Source of the DNA: Candidatus Curtissbacteria bacterium RIFCSPLOWO2_02_41_11
GTDB taxonomy: Bacteria; Patescibacteriota; Microgenomatia; Curtissbacterales; GWA2-41-24
DNA length: 64,000 nucleotides
Reading direction: 5' to 3'
Assembly (NCBI GenBank): GCA_001775055.1
Contig: MFBU01000022.1
Span: forward strand, 3,278 to 67,277
Positions 10,508 to 20,373 of this stretch are shown here, piece by piece; the stretch's first letter is position 1; each line of letters begins with the position of its first letter. The notes beneath the pieces were generated by a model. The model made no database searches. It had not been told where the DNA came from and worked only from the letters and a program-made list of their open reading frames with translations. The position numbers and the translations under genes are program-made.

Positions 10508-11557
10508 ATGAGAGGTAAAAGAATTGCTGTGATCGGAGGCGGGATTTACGGAATTACCATTGCCTCAGTCCTGAGTGCGAGTAACAAGGTTACATTATTT
10601 GAGAAAAATGACGATATTTTATCTGCCGCCTCAGGAATCAACCAATTTAGACTTCACCGAGGTTATCATTACCCCAGAAGTCCTAAGACTGTGATTTCTT
10701 CTTTGAAATCAGAAAAGAGTTTTGCGCAAGAATATAGACCAGCAATAATGGCCAATACCGAAAATTACTACTGCATTGCAAAGGAGAAAAGTAAAACTAG
10801 TCAGAAAAAATATTTAAAGTTCTTGGGGAAATTCAAACTCGAATACAAAGTTGAAGAAATTCCCTCCCTAGAAGTTAGAAATGTAGATCTATCAATCAGA
10901 GTTAAAGAATATCTGCTAAATCCCCTAATCCTCAAAAAAAAATGCTGGGCAAAATTGAAAAAAAGCAAAGTCAAAGTGTTATTAAAAACTGAAGCCAGTG
11001 ATAGAGTATTTGATGATTTTGATCATGTGATCATTTGTACTTATGCAGATATCAACCGCCTTTTGAAAAAATTTCCAAAGCATCAACAGGTTTATCAGTA
11101 TGAGCTGTGTGAAAAAATTGTCGTTCGACTGCCAAAAGAGTTCAAAAACAAGAGCATTGTGGTTTTAGATGGACCATTTATGTGTGTTGATCCATATGGC
11201 ACGACCAATCTTTTTCTAATGGGCAATGTCGATCATGCAATCCACGAAGCGAATATAGGTAAATTTCCTGTTATCATAAACAAATATCACAAACTTCTAA
11301 ATAAAGGGGTGATAAAAGACCCTCCGATTACTAATTTTAAAAAATTTATCGATAGTACCGAACATTTTATTCCGCTGATAACAAAGGCTAAACATGTCGG
11401 ATCTATGTATACGATTAGAACTGTTCTTCCCTACAAAGATAAAACTGACGAGCGGCCTACCATCGTGAGGAGAATAAACCGAAAAATATTTACTGTTTTT
11501 TCCGGAAAAATAGCCAATTGTGTTGAAGCCGCCGAAAAAATCAAGAAAATTATTTAG
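10508..11557 (+). CDS. FAD-dependent oxidoreductase (DAO-like fold)
   Basis: 'IAVIGGGIYG', 'VTLFEK', 'ASGINQFRLHRGYHYPRS', C-terminal 'SGKI'; likely start is ATG 10508. Confidence 0.82.
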   Translation: MRGKRIAVIGGGIYGITIASVLSASNKVTLFEKNDDILSAASGINQFRLHRGYHYPRSPKTVISSLKSEKSFAQEYRPAIMANTENYYCIAKEKSKTSQKKYLKFLGKFKLEYKVEEIPSLEVRNVDLSIRVKEYLLNPLILKKKCWAKLKKSKVKVLLKTEASDRVFDDFDHVIICTYADINRLLKKFPKHQQVYQYELCEKIVVRLPKEFKNKSIVVLDGPFMCVDPYGTTNLFLMGNVDHAIHEANIGKFPVIINKYHKLLNKGVIKDPPITNFKKFIDSTEHFIPLITKAKHVGSMYTIRTVLPYKDKTDERPTIVRRINRKIFTVFSGKIANCVEAAEKIKKII

Positions 11558-11561
11558 AAAA

Positions 11562-12764
11562 TCAAATCACTTCGTGATACAGTCTCAAAAATTTTTTTGC
11601 TTGATTTTCCCATGAGTAACGACTCGCCTTCTCTTTTGCAACTTGCCCAAGTTGTCTGGCAGATGTTCTATCAGACAGCAATCTGTCAATAGCGGCTGAC
11701 AGTGCCTTAGTATCTCCTGCCTTTATAAGAAGTCCCTCCTGACCATCCTTCATAAGAGGATCAGATTCGTAAGTAGTAATAATGGGAAGACCGGAAGCCA
11801 TTGCTTCCATAAGTACCCCAGGCGATGCATCTGCGTAAGAAGGCAAACAAAAGATGCCTGCCTTTAAAAATATCTGACGTTTATTCTGATAACTAACAGC
11901 TCCTGTGAATTTAACTTGCTTTTTTAAGTTTTTTGCTTTTTTCTTTAATGCATAAATGATTCTTGGGGATCCAGAACCTGCGATTATTAATCTTGCTTTA
12001 GGAAATTTAGCCACTACTTGAAGAAAAACATCTATTAGGTCAAATATTCCTTTTCGCCAAGAGAGCTGCCCCATAAAAAGGACTGTTTGCGTTTGGCTTG
12101 TTTTAATCTTCGAGAATTTTTCAAAGTGGACCCCTTTGTGGATGTAAGAAAGATTCTTCAACTTTTTTTTCTTTAAAAAATCTAGGCCTTTTTGATGCTT
12201 TGAGATTAGTCTACCTTCTTGGCAATTATAAAAATTTTCTTGTCTCAAAAACTTCAAAAGAAACCAGTAGAATAAATTTTCAAAAAAGACGCTAGGAGAG
12301 AATTTTAAAGGTGATAACTCCTTTAGTCTTTCATTGGTATCTTTTTCAAAGTTTTTGTATTTTTTGGGTAGGATTACTCCCCAGAAAAAAATTGGTACAT
12401 TTGTAAAAAAATTTATTAAGGTATGAGTAAACTGAATAAATTGTATTATGTCTGGCTTGAAATCACGAATGGCCCTCAATGCGGTTAAATCCAATCTAAA
12501 CATCAGACTCCCTTCATATTTTCCTGATGCTGCCGAAGAGTTTGCCATATAGTGCTTGACATTTTCTTTTCTTAAGACTTTGCCAAACTCGATATTGAAT
12601 CTTTTTTGGTGAGTTTGTATTGGTTTGGGCGAAACTATAGCCACTTGGTGGCCAAGTGTGGAAAAGGCGCAAGCTAGCTCAAAAGTATCTCTCCAGACTC
12701 CTGAGTGATGAAACGAACCTTTAACTCCCCCATCAATCCATTTGGAAACTAAAAGAATTCGCAT
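11562..12764 (-). CDS. GT4-family glycosyltransferase
   Basis: 'FMGQLSWRKG', 'FCLPSYADASPGVLMEAMASGLPII'. Confidence 0.9.
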   Translation of the reverse strand: MRILLVSKWIDGGVKGSFHHSGVWRDTFELACAFSTLGHQVAIVSPKPIQTHQKRFNIEFGKVLRKENVKHYMANSSAASGKYEGSLMFRLDLTALRAIRDFKPDIIQFIQFTHTLINFFTNVPIFFWGVILPKKYKNFEKDTNERLKELSPLKFSPSVFFENLFYWFLLKFLRQENFYNCQEGRLISKHQKGLDFLKKKKLKNLSYIHKGVHFEKFSKIKTSQTQTVLFMGQLSWRKGIFDLIDVFLQVVAKFPKARLIIAGSGSPRIIYALKKKAKNLKKQVKFTGAVSYQNKRQIFLKAGIFCLPSYADASPGVLMEAMASGLPIITTYESDPLMKDGQEGLLIKAGDTKALSAAIDRLLSDRTSARQLGQVAKEKASRYSWENQAKKFLRLYHEVI

Positions 12765-12767
12765 AAA

Positions 12768-12853
12768 CGATGCAAATATTCTAATTGATGCTAATTATAC
12801 GAATTGGTATTTTTTTATTAGTATCATTAGTATGCATTCGTATATTAGAATCG
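12768..12853. repeat. Intergenic inverted pair of a 37-nt unit built from ~9-nt ATT(A/C)GTAT subrepeats
   Basis: 12768-12804 and 12817-12853 are imperfect reverse complements (28/37 by hand), with a 12-nt spacer. The same unit recurs at 28920-28991. Confidence 0.8.
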
Positions 12854-12858
12854 ATTAA

Positions 12859-13623
12859 TTATGCTTTTCCTTTTACTGTATTTTGCTCCTGACTCTTGTT
12901 AATCTTGAGGATCACTTCTGTTAGGATAGTAGGCATAAATTGATTAAGGAGTTTTGTGTTGGGAATTATACAATGGCCACCAATTGTTCCTTTAACATAC
13001 TTTAGGATAGGTCTCAATACAAAAGGATTAGTCTTTGCATATCCCAAATTATAAATTTTATTAAACTTGGTATAAACATTGTTAAAATCTACTTTTTGCC
13101 TACTGCAAATTTCGGCAACAACTTTGTTGAAAATAATATTCCATGCATAATAAGTGCTATCTAACAATTTACCCAACTCAGATTCGATTGAATCATGTAA
13201 GGCAATGGTTTTGATACCAACACTGGACAAATGAACTTTAGCCAGTTTTAAAGACTTGGGACTTGTTGGCCCGATAAATTTAACAAACCTCATAATGTCT
13301 CGTCTTAGGTTTGGATGTTTCCCCATTATTGGGGAATGAACTGTAGGGATTTGCGTTTTTTGATAGATTTTTTGCGTTGTAGTTGGAATAACAGTTGCGT
13401 GGATAATAATTAAATTTGGTCGATTTTTTTCAACCTGGGAGATAACGGAGTTTATAAAACTATTCGTGTAAGGGATACAAACATGAAGAACATCAATCTT
13501 TGTATTTTTTAATTGATCGAAATTGCTATCCTTTTTTAAAACTTTAAACTGAGAGGAAAATATTTGAGAAATTGCTTTGCCTACTTCACCTATTCCTAAA
13601 ACACCAATCGTATATTTTGTCAT
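12859..13623 (-). CDS. Short UDP-glucose/GDP-mannose dehydrogenase-like protein (lacks C-terminal UDP-binding domain)
   Basis: 'GIGEVG', 'ESELGKL', catalytic-type 'IGGHCI'; only 254 aa. Confidence 0.7.
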   Translation of the reverse strand: MTKYTIGVLGIGEVGKAISQIFSSQFKVLKKDSNFDQLKNTKIDVLHVCIPYTNSFINSVISQVEKNRPNLIIIHATVIPTTTQKIYQKTQIPTVHSPIMGKHPNLRRDIMRFVKFIGPTSPKSLKLAKVHLSSVGIKTIALHDSIESELGKLLDSTYYAWNIIFNKVVAEICSRQKVDFNNVYTKFNKIYNLGYAKTNPFVLRPILKYVKGTIGGHCIIPNTKLLNQFMPTILTEVILKINKSQEQNTVKGKA

Positions 13624-13635
13624 AAATGGAAATAA

Positions 13636-14535
13636 TTAAGTTTCCTTATTAATTTTATCGATAATGAATTCAACTCGGTGAGCGAAAGTATGATTTCTTA
13701 AAATTAAATTTCTCCCATTTTCAGAAAGTTCCTTTCTCTCGCCTTCACAATTTAAATAATAAAAAACCTTTTCCTTAAAATCCAAAACTGTATAATAGCA
13801 AATAACGGTCTTTCCGAAAACTTCTTCGATACCTCGAACATAATCGGTAATTATGAATCCTCCCGAAGCTAGCACGTCAAATATTCTGTTACTTATAAAG
13901 CCATTTTCGCTCATATCAGACCAGTGATCATTAAGAACAATTTTTGCGGAAGAATAGAGAAGTCTGAGTTGATTGTTGGGGAAAAATTCCGCTTCTAGAT
14001 ATTTAGTGTCTATGTATTTTTGCCATCCTTTACCCCAGATTTTCAAGCTAAAACCGGCATCTACAGCAAATTTGACTACCTCTCTGTAAAAACCTTTTGT
14101 ATTACCAATAAAAATGAGGTCATTTCTGAATTTTTTATCGTTTTGATAGAAAAAAAACTTTGGATTACTTGCCTGAAGAAGAGGATATAAAGGCTTTTTA
14201 ACTAGGTCTTGAAGCACTTTTGCCAGTTTTAAAGACGCCACAAAAATTAGGTCGAAATCGTAATATTCATCTAGAGATATACTTTCCGGATGGCTGATAT
14301 GCCAAATGACATTTACCTTAGCTTTTTTTTTGAATGGGTATTTTCTTAGTCCTCGTAAGTGTAGATGTATATCATACGTATTACCTTCGCTTGACCATTC
14401 ATCCATAGCAGAAATTTTATAATCATAACTGTACTTCTTAAACTCTTCACCTAAAGACAATGCGAAGTAATAATCTCCCCATTTTTTAGCCTCGTCTTTA
14501 TTGGGAGCACAAATTGTCAGAAGAATTTTTTTCAT
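13636..14535 (-). CDS. CgeB/Glyco_trans_1_2-like glycosyltransferase
   Basis: 'WGDYYFA', 'LYSSAKIVLNDHW.DM...GFISNRIFDVLASG', 'HTFAHRV'. Confidence 0.82.
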   Translation of the reverse strand: MKKILLTICAPNKDEAKKWGDYYFALSLGEEFKKYSYDYKISAMDEWSSEGNTYDIHLHLRGLRKYPFKKKAKVNVIWHISHPESISLDEYYDFDLIFVASLKLAKVLQDLVKKPLYPLLQASNPKFFFYQNDKKFRNDLIFIGNTKGFYREVVKFAVDAGFSLKIWGKGWQKYIDTKYLEAEFFPNNQLRLLYSSAKIVLNDHWSDMSENGFISNRIFDVLASGGFIITDYVRGIEEVFGKTVICYYTVLDFKEKVFYYLNCEGERKELSENGRNLILRNHTFAHRVEFIIDKINKET

Positions 14536-16673
14536 GACTGCCTATCATTCAGCTCCTGCTTTATGTAGTTTATGAGTTGATTCGCTCTTACCAAGTATGA
14601 ATGACTCTCTTTGATATTTCGCATTAATCTTGACCCAATTATCTGTCTCTCGCTTTGATTCTGAAGTAAATACTTTAACTTACTCTTAAATTCACTGTAA
14701 TTAGAATAAGTCAAGTATGAATTCTTAGGAAAGACCCTTTTAAATTCCATCAGTTCATCTGAAAGCACAGCCGCTCCACAGGCTCCTGCTTCGAAAATTC
14801 GAGAATTGATAAAATCCCATTTTTTCGTAAGGTGCTCGAGATGGTCTTCTATTACTATCTTTGAATTAGAATAAAGGATGGGAAGTTTCTCGTATCCTAT
14901 TTCACCACACCAAATCTTTTTAAGTCCCGGGTAATTTCCAATGTTTTTACCGAAAACTCCTATTTTTATATTTTTTTTAAACTTTTCAGGAAGCTGTGAA
15001 AGATAAGTCAGGGCTTTTCTTTCAACCCCAAAGTAATTACCTACAAAAACTACATCAAAACTAAATTCCTCGTTCCTTTCACTTTTTTTAAAGTTTTCTA
15101 TATCAGCTCCCAGTCTCAAAACTTGGGTTTTTACCCCAGTCGTTTTGGCAATTTCATTGGAAGCAATAGTTGAACCAGTTAAGATGAGATCATATTTGGT
15201 GAAATCAGACTGACTAAACCAATCTGTAAGCCGATTTCTAATCCACGCTACTTTATATATTTGATTGTTAATCTTACTGTTGGCGTTGAAAATATCTAAA
15301 TTTGATAAAAGATTAATAATTATATCGATATCTTCTTTTTCTATGATATCGGGATCAGTGTTGTAAGTTTTTTTATCGATGAGGATAAAATCATAGCCAA
15401 TTTGCTTAAGATACTTGCTCAAATTCATGGCTGTAAAATAATCACCATAAAATGAACTTTCATTATTTTCAGTAACCAGGAGGCCAAATTTTAAAGGTGT
15501 ACTCGAAAAGACAAATTTTTTTTCTATTTTATCGAGTAAATACTCCTTTCTAAGATATGAAGCCCATCGCAAGGTAAGTAATTTCTTGTTTTTTGCACGA
15601 TTATCTCTGATTTGATTCTTTTCTAAGACCATCTTTTGCGAGGCAAACTCATGATGGAAAAGGATGCTAGTCGGAACATACTCTGTTTTGAAACCTGATT
15701 TTTTTGCTTTCAAACAAAAATCCACATCCTCATATCCGTAGTGATAATCTTCATAAAAACCTCCTAATTTGAAAAATAGAGCCTTTTTGACAAACATACA
15801 GGCGCCGGTTACAGCAGCAATCTCTTTTTTAAAACACGACTCCACAGAAAAAGGGTGGTCACCCCGATCAAAATTCTCAGGATAAAGAAAGTTGTCTATC
15901 TTTGAAAATTTTATTCCCTGGTGCTGAATTGTGCAATCAAAAGAAGTGGAATCTGGAAATTCATTATCATTTCGTTTGGGGTAGATTAACTTTGAGCCGA
16001 GAATTGAATCTGGCCTTTTCTCTATCTGCTCAAATAACGCACTGAGCCATCCATTGAGGGGGATTGTATCGTTATTTAAAAAAATTAGATATTCCCCACT
16101 TGCTTTTTTTGCAGCCAAATTATTTGCCATTGCGAAGCTTAAATTTTCTTTGAATTCTAATATTTTGATTTTAATTTTTCTTCCACCTCTAATTTTTTCT
16201 AAGAAAGATTTCGTCTTAATATCATGGGAACCATTGTCAACATAAATTATTTCGTAATTTTTATAATTTGTATTTTTAATCAGAGCAGAAATGCACTTTG
16301 AAGTATATTCATAACTATTATGATTAAGGACGATGATTGAGATTTTTCTTGAAAATTTTGTTTTTTTGTTTTCTAGTTTTTTTACAAAGGAAACTATCTC
16401 ATCTTCGTCTAACACGTTTCCTGAACGTTTGTAGGGTGTGAATTTGGATTGGGTTGCAATATCATCTTGTAGGCCAAATTGAAGATTTCGGAGAGCGTTA
16501 ATTAGATTTTTGCTCCTTGATTTGGCTTGATTTAAAATTTGCAAAAATTTATAGACCTTGGTGGAAGTAATTAAAACCCATGTCTGTTCAAGTTTTTCTT
16601 CTCTGAGCTTAAGCTCTTCTAATCTCTTGCTTAACTTTTGATTTTCTAACTTGAGTTTTTCAATACTTTCCAT
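14532..16673 (-). CDS. Bifunctional glycosyltransferase: N-terminal coiled coil + GT2 + CgeB-like GT-B domain
   Basis: 'VDNGS', 'FLNNDT', 'AVTGAC', 'YEDVDFC', then 'YGDYFTA', 'INSRIFEAGACG', 'HSYLVRA'. Confidence 0.85.
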   Translation of the reverse strand: MESIEKLKLENQKLSKRLEELKLREEKLEQTWVLITSTKVYKFLQILNQAKSRSKNLINALRNLQFGLQDDIATQSKFTPYKRSGNVLDEDEIVSFVKKLENKKTKFSRKISIIVLNHNSYEYTSKCISALIKNTNYKNYEIIYVDNGSHDIKTKSFLEKIRGGRKIKIKILEFKENLSFAMANNLAAKKASGEYLIFLNNDTIPLNGWLSALFEQIEKRPDSILGSKLIYPKRNDNEFPDSTSFDCTIQHQGIKFSKIDNFLYPENFDRGDHPFSVESCFKKEIAAVTGACMFVKKALFFKLGGFYEDYHYGYEDVDFCLKAKKSGFKTEYVPTSILFHHEFASQKMVLEKNQIRDNRAKNKKLLTLRWASYLRKEYLLDKIEKKFVFSSTPLKFGLLVTENNESSFYGDYFTAMNLSKYLKQIGYDFILIDKKTYNTDPDIIEKEDIDIIINLLSNLDIFNANSKINNQIYKVAWIRNRLTDWFSQSDFTKYDLILTGSTIASNEIAKTTGVKTQVLRLGADIENFKKSERNEEFSFDVVFVGNYFGVERKALTYLSQLPEKFKKNIKIGVFGKNIGNYPGLKKIWCGEIGYEKLPILYSNSKIVIEDHLEHLTKKWDFINSRIFEAGACGAAVLSDELMEFKRVFPKNSYLTYSNYSEFKSKLKYLLQNQSERQIIGSRLMRNIKESHSYLVRANQLINYIKQELNDRQS

Positions 16674-16677
16674 TTCA

Positions 16678-18873
16678 TCAATTTTTAGATGTAGAAGCGA
16701 TAGATATCGGCTTTAATAATACCTTTGAAATATTCATTGTAAGTTTCCATGTTCTAAAAATTTTTGCCGACTCAACAGAAGAAATTTTTTGACTTAAATC
16801 AGTAATTGACTTTTCTGTTTGATCAATCTCTTTTATTAGATTCATATTTTGATCAGCATGAATTTCTATTTCTTTAACGGTATCATTTAGTTTTAATTGA
16901 TGCAGAAGAAAACTTTGAAGAAAATCTTTACTGTTTTCAAAACGCTTTATTTTTTTATTTTTAAGTGTCATCATTATCTTCATGATTTTTCCTGCATACT
17001 TTTCTGGACTAAACTTTGATTTTGCAAAAGTTAATCCATTTTGCCCCATTACCTCCATCATCTTTCTATTTTTTAAGAAATATAATATTTTTTGCTTCAG
17101 GTCATTTATGTCCTCATAGTTGTAGAGGAAACCATTGTAGCCTTCTTTTATCTGCTCCAGAGCACCTCCTTTATCAGATCCGATCACCGGTTTTTTTAAA
17201 AGCATCGCCTCTACCAGTGTCCTACTAGACGCTTCACTCCTTGAACAAATCAGAAGTATGTCCGATTGATTAATATAAGGATAAGGATTTAAAACATTAT
17301 TTTCGAAATAAATTTTGTTGGTCTTTTTGGTCTTAATCAAGTTATTAAGTGAGATAAAATAAGGATCATTCTTGCTAAAGCTTCCGAGAACTAAGAGCTC
17401 GACATCGTAGCCTTCGTCAAGCAATCTCATTGTCGCTTTTATGGCCTGATCTTGTCCTTTAGACTTTGCTATAAAACCAGCAATAATAAGTTTTAGGGAC
17501 TTTTTTGATTTATACACTTGTTTGACTTTCTCTTTTAGGAGTTCTTCGGGTATTTCTATACTGTTATAAACAGTCTCTCCCCGATTGGGATCTATATAAT
17601 TTTTGAACTGATGTTGGACAGCTTTCGAATTATAAATTACCTTTTCGGATAACAGATTTATTAATCGAACTGATTCCTTCAGGGTCATATCGAAAGAGAA
17701 TCCATGATCTTTTTTGCCAAATTCACGTATGTGCCATAGGTGTGGTTTGTTCAGAAGAAAAGCGCTTAGTGCTCCCCAAGGAATAACAAGAGTATTTGTG
17801 TAAATTAAGTGGGGGTTAATTCTTTTCAATTCATCTAAATATCCGGTTATATTAATTAAGGAGTTAAAATGTCTTTCGTTGATGGAAGCTTGTCCTTTCG
17901 AAACCCACCAGCCAAAAGGAACAATATCAAAAGATACGGCTTTATTTTTTATCCTATCTACGAATGGGCCATTACTTGGAATAACTACATGTGATAAAGC
18001 ATCAAATTTTTTAATTTGATTTAATAAGTCTAGATGACTTCTCACAGCTCCTCCTAAGTTTGCGCGGTGAGAAAAATAAGTGACAAAAAGTGATTTTTGT
18101 TTAGGAATACAAAGCAAGTTTGCATAAGAATTCTCATTTATAAACTCTTGCCAAGAATATTTATTGTTGGTTAAGCGGTAATATTTTCTTTTTAGCTCAT
18201 CTATTAGGAAAATTTCAAAGCCAAGACTTTCAAGTTTTTTTAATAGATCATCGGGTTGAAAGCCTGCATTTTTTTGCATCTTAGGATTAAACTCTACAAG
18301 CATAGAGAGATTTTTGTTATTTTTTAAAGTAGTTTTTAAACCTTCAAGTACCGCCATTTCATGACCTTCGATGTCGATTTTTATAAAATCAATTTTTTTC
18401 TTTTTAAGAATCTGGTCTGGGGGATAACTTTTAATCTTTATTATTTTCTTTGTCTTGGTTAGAGGATGTTCGTAAAATCCGGCAGAATCCGATGCCTCTG
18501 TTAAATTAAAATCTTTTACTTCTTTTTTGTTGGAAGCTGCGAAATTGTATAGTTTGGCATTTTTAACATTATTAAGTTTGATATTCTTTTTGAGTACTTC
18601 AAAATTTTTCTTGACGGGCTCTATGGCAATTATTTTTGTATTTTTCTGGGAATGGTAAGCAAGTAGGGAGTAATAGCCAAAATGGGCGCCAAGATCGACA
18701 AAAGTAGAATTAGGTTTTAGATAATTCTTGATTATTTCAGATGAGAATGGTTCGTATTTATTTTTAACATAATGTTGAACAAAACGGGGGTAAATGTACA
18801 TCGAAAAATTCTCCAAATTTATTTTTTTGATTTTTTTTAAATTGTATTCGTTCTTAAACATGTCCAACTTCAT
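16678..18873 (-). CDS. FkbM-family methyltransferase fused to a GT4 glycosyltransferase with C-terminal coiled coil
   Basis: 'FVDLGAHFGYYS', 'AIEP', 'IKIDIEGHE'; then 'LGGA', 'WHIRE', 'EAMLLKKPVI'; heptad-rich tail. Confidence 0.88.
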   Translation of the reverse strand: MKLDMFKNEYNLKKIKKINLENFSMYIYPRFVQHYVKNKYEPFSSEIIKNYLKPNSTFVDLGAHFGYYSLLAYHSQKNTKIIAIEPVKKNFEVLKKNIKLNNVKNAKLYNFAASNKKEVKDFNLTEASDSAGFYEHPLTKTKKIIKIKSYPPDQILKKKKIDFIKIDIEGHEMAVLEGLKTTLKNNKNLSMLVEFNPKMQKNAGFQPDDLLKKLESLGFEIFLIDELKRKYYRLTNNKYSWQEFINENSYANLLCIPKQKSLFVTYFSHRANLGGAVRSHLDLLNQIKKFDALSHVVIPSNGPFVDRIKNKAVSFDIVPFGWWVSKGQASINERHFNSLINITGYLDELKRINPHLIYTNTLVIPWGALSAFLLNKPHLWHIREFGKKDHGFSFDMTLKESVRLINLLSEKVIYNSKAVQHQFKNYIDPNRGETVYNSIEIPEELLKEKVKQVYKSKKSLKLIIAGFIAKSKGQDQAIKATMRLLDEGYDVELLVLGSFSKNDPYFISLNNLIKTKKTNKIYFENNVLNPYPYINQSDILLICSRSEASSRTLVEAMLLKKPVIGSDKGGALEQIKEGYNGFLYNYEDINDLKQKILYFLKNRKMMEVMGQNGLTFAKSKFSPEKYAGKIMKIMMTLKNKKIKRFENSKDFLQSFLLHQLKLNDTVKEIEIHADQNMNLIKEIDQTEKSITDLSQKISSVESAKIFRTWKLTMNISKVLLKPISIASTSKN

Positions 18874-19591
18874 TTTGAAAATTTTTGTAATAGGCGATTA
18901 TTTTATCTATTTTGTCAATTTCCGCCATCCTACCAGATTTTAAGACGATCCCTTTTTGGCAGACTTGACCGATTGTTTCCAAATTGTGACTTACTAAAAT
19001 AATTGTTTTTTCTGAATTGAAAAATTCTTTCATCTTGCTTAAAGACTTTTGTTTAAACTCCGCATCTCCTACGGCCAATACTTCATCAAGAAGTAAAATA
19101 TCCCACTCTAAGTGGATTGAAACAGAAAAAGCAAGTCTTATAAACATTCCGGATGAGTAGTGTTTTACCGGCGTATCCAGGAATTTTTTAATCCCGGAAA
19201 ACTCGACAATCTCATCAAATCTCTTTGTAATTTCTCTTGCTTCCATACCTAAGATTGAGCCTGAAAGATAAATATTATCTTTTCCAGTTAATTCCGGGTG
19301 GAATCCAGCCCCAAGTCCTAAAAGTGCAGTTACCTTACCGTTTACAATCACGGTACCTTTTGTCGGCGTGGTAATACCCGCAATTGTCTGAAGTAAAGTC
19401 GATTTACCGGATCCGTTAGGCCCTATGATGCCAATTTTTTCTCCTTCTTTCACCTGAAGATTAATTCCTTTAAGAGCCAAAAACTCCTTTTGGTATCGAT
19501 CTGAAAAGAAAAGTGGAATCGCGTGGGTCAATGTCCTTGGTTGACCGATTCTATATTTTTTCCAAAGGTTTTTTAGTTCAATAGCGTACAT
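18854..19591 (-). CDS. wzt: Polysaccharide ABC exporter ATPase (Wzt/TagH-like)
   Basis: Walker A 'GPNGSGKST', 'GFHPELTG', signature 'YSSGM', 'LLDEVLAVGD', 'VSH'. Confidence 0.95.
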   Translation of the reverse strand: MYAIELKNLWKKYRIGQPRTLTHAIPLFFSDRYQKEFLALKGINLQVKEGEKIGIIGPNGSGKSTLLQTIAGITTPTKGTVIVNGKVTALLGLGAGFHPELTGKDNIYLSGSILGMEAREITKRFDEIVEFSGIKKFLDTPVKHYSSGMFIRLAFSVSIHLEWDILLLDEVLAVGDAEFKQKSLSKMKEFFNSEKTIILVSHNLETIGQVCQKGIVLKSGRMAEIDKIDKIIAYYKNFQNEVGHV

Positions 19592-19593
19592 AT

Positions 19594-20373
19594 TTATATT
19601 ACGTCTGCAAAATTTTTTTCAAGTTTTTTAAAAAGTACATAACCTATTAAAAATAAAGCGATTGTGATCACAAGCGAAAAAGATAAAGGTAAAAAATCAG
19701 GAGGACTTTTTAAAAGAAGACTGCTCTTTATGCCTTCAACTATGCCGGTCATGGGATTTAAAAATAATATTTTTTGATATTGTTGAGGAATCTTCTCAAT
19801 ACTGTAAATAATTGGGGTTGCAAAAAGCCATGCTGTCATCAGTAAGGGTAAAAAGGCACTAACATCCTTGAAATAAACGTTGAGAGAAGAAAAAATCAGA
19901 GCAAAAGCAGAAATCAGCAAAACCTCGAGAAGCAATATAGGAATAATCCACAAAACATTAAAAGAAATCCCTATTTTATAAAAAACCATCAGAAGAATTA
20001 GGACTATGAATGAGGATGCCAGATCAACAAGTCTAACAACAATAGGAGAAAAAACAAGAATTTCTCTGGGAAAGTAACTTTTAAGAACCAAGTTTGAATT
20101 GGAGGTAACTGAAGTTGCTGAAGATGAGACGGTTTGAGAAAAGAAGTTCCAAAAAGTTAACCTTGTAAAGATAAGCAAGAGGTAAGGGGTGGGGCCGGAA
20201 TGAATTTTCAAAAATAGACCAAAGATAAACCAAAAAACGATTGCTAAAACTATAGGTGAAATAAGAGCCCAGGCAATACCTAAAATCGCCTGTCTATATC
20301 TAACCTTAAGATCTCGAAGGGATAGGAAGTAAAACAGCTCTTTATACTGCCACAGGTTTTTGATTAATTGCAT
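19594..20373 (-). CDS. wzm: Polysaccharide ABC exporter permease (Wzm/TagG-like)
   Basis: 'RDLKVRYRQAILG..W', 'YFPRE', 'TPIIY', 'LNPM'. Confidence 0.95.
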   Translation of the reverse strand: MQLIKNLWQYKELFYFLSLRDLKVRYRQAILGIAWALISPIVLAIVFWFIFGLFLKIHSGPTPYLLLIFTRLTFWNFFSQTVSSSATSVTSNSNLVLKSYFPREILVFSPIVVRLVDLASSFIVLILLMVFYKIGISFNVLWIIPILLLEVLLISAFALIFSSLNVYFKDVSAFLPLLMTAWLFATPIIYSIEKIPQQYQKILFLNPMTGIVEGIKSSLLLKSPPDFLPLSFSLVITIALFLIGYVLFKKLEKNFADVI

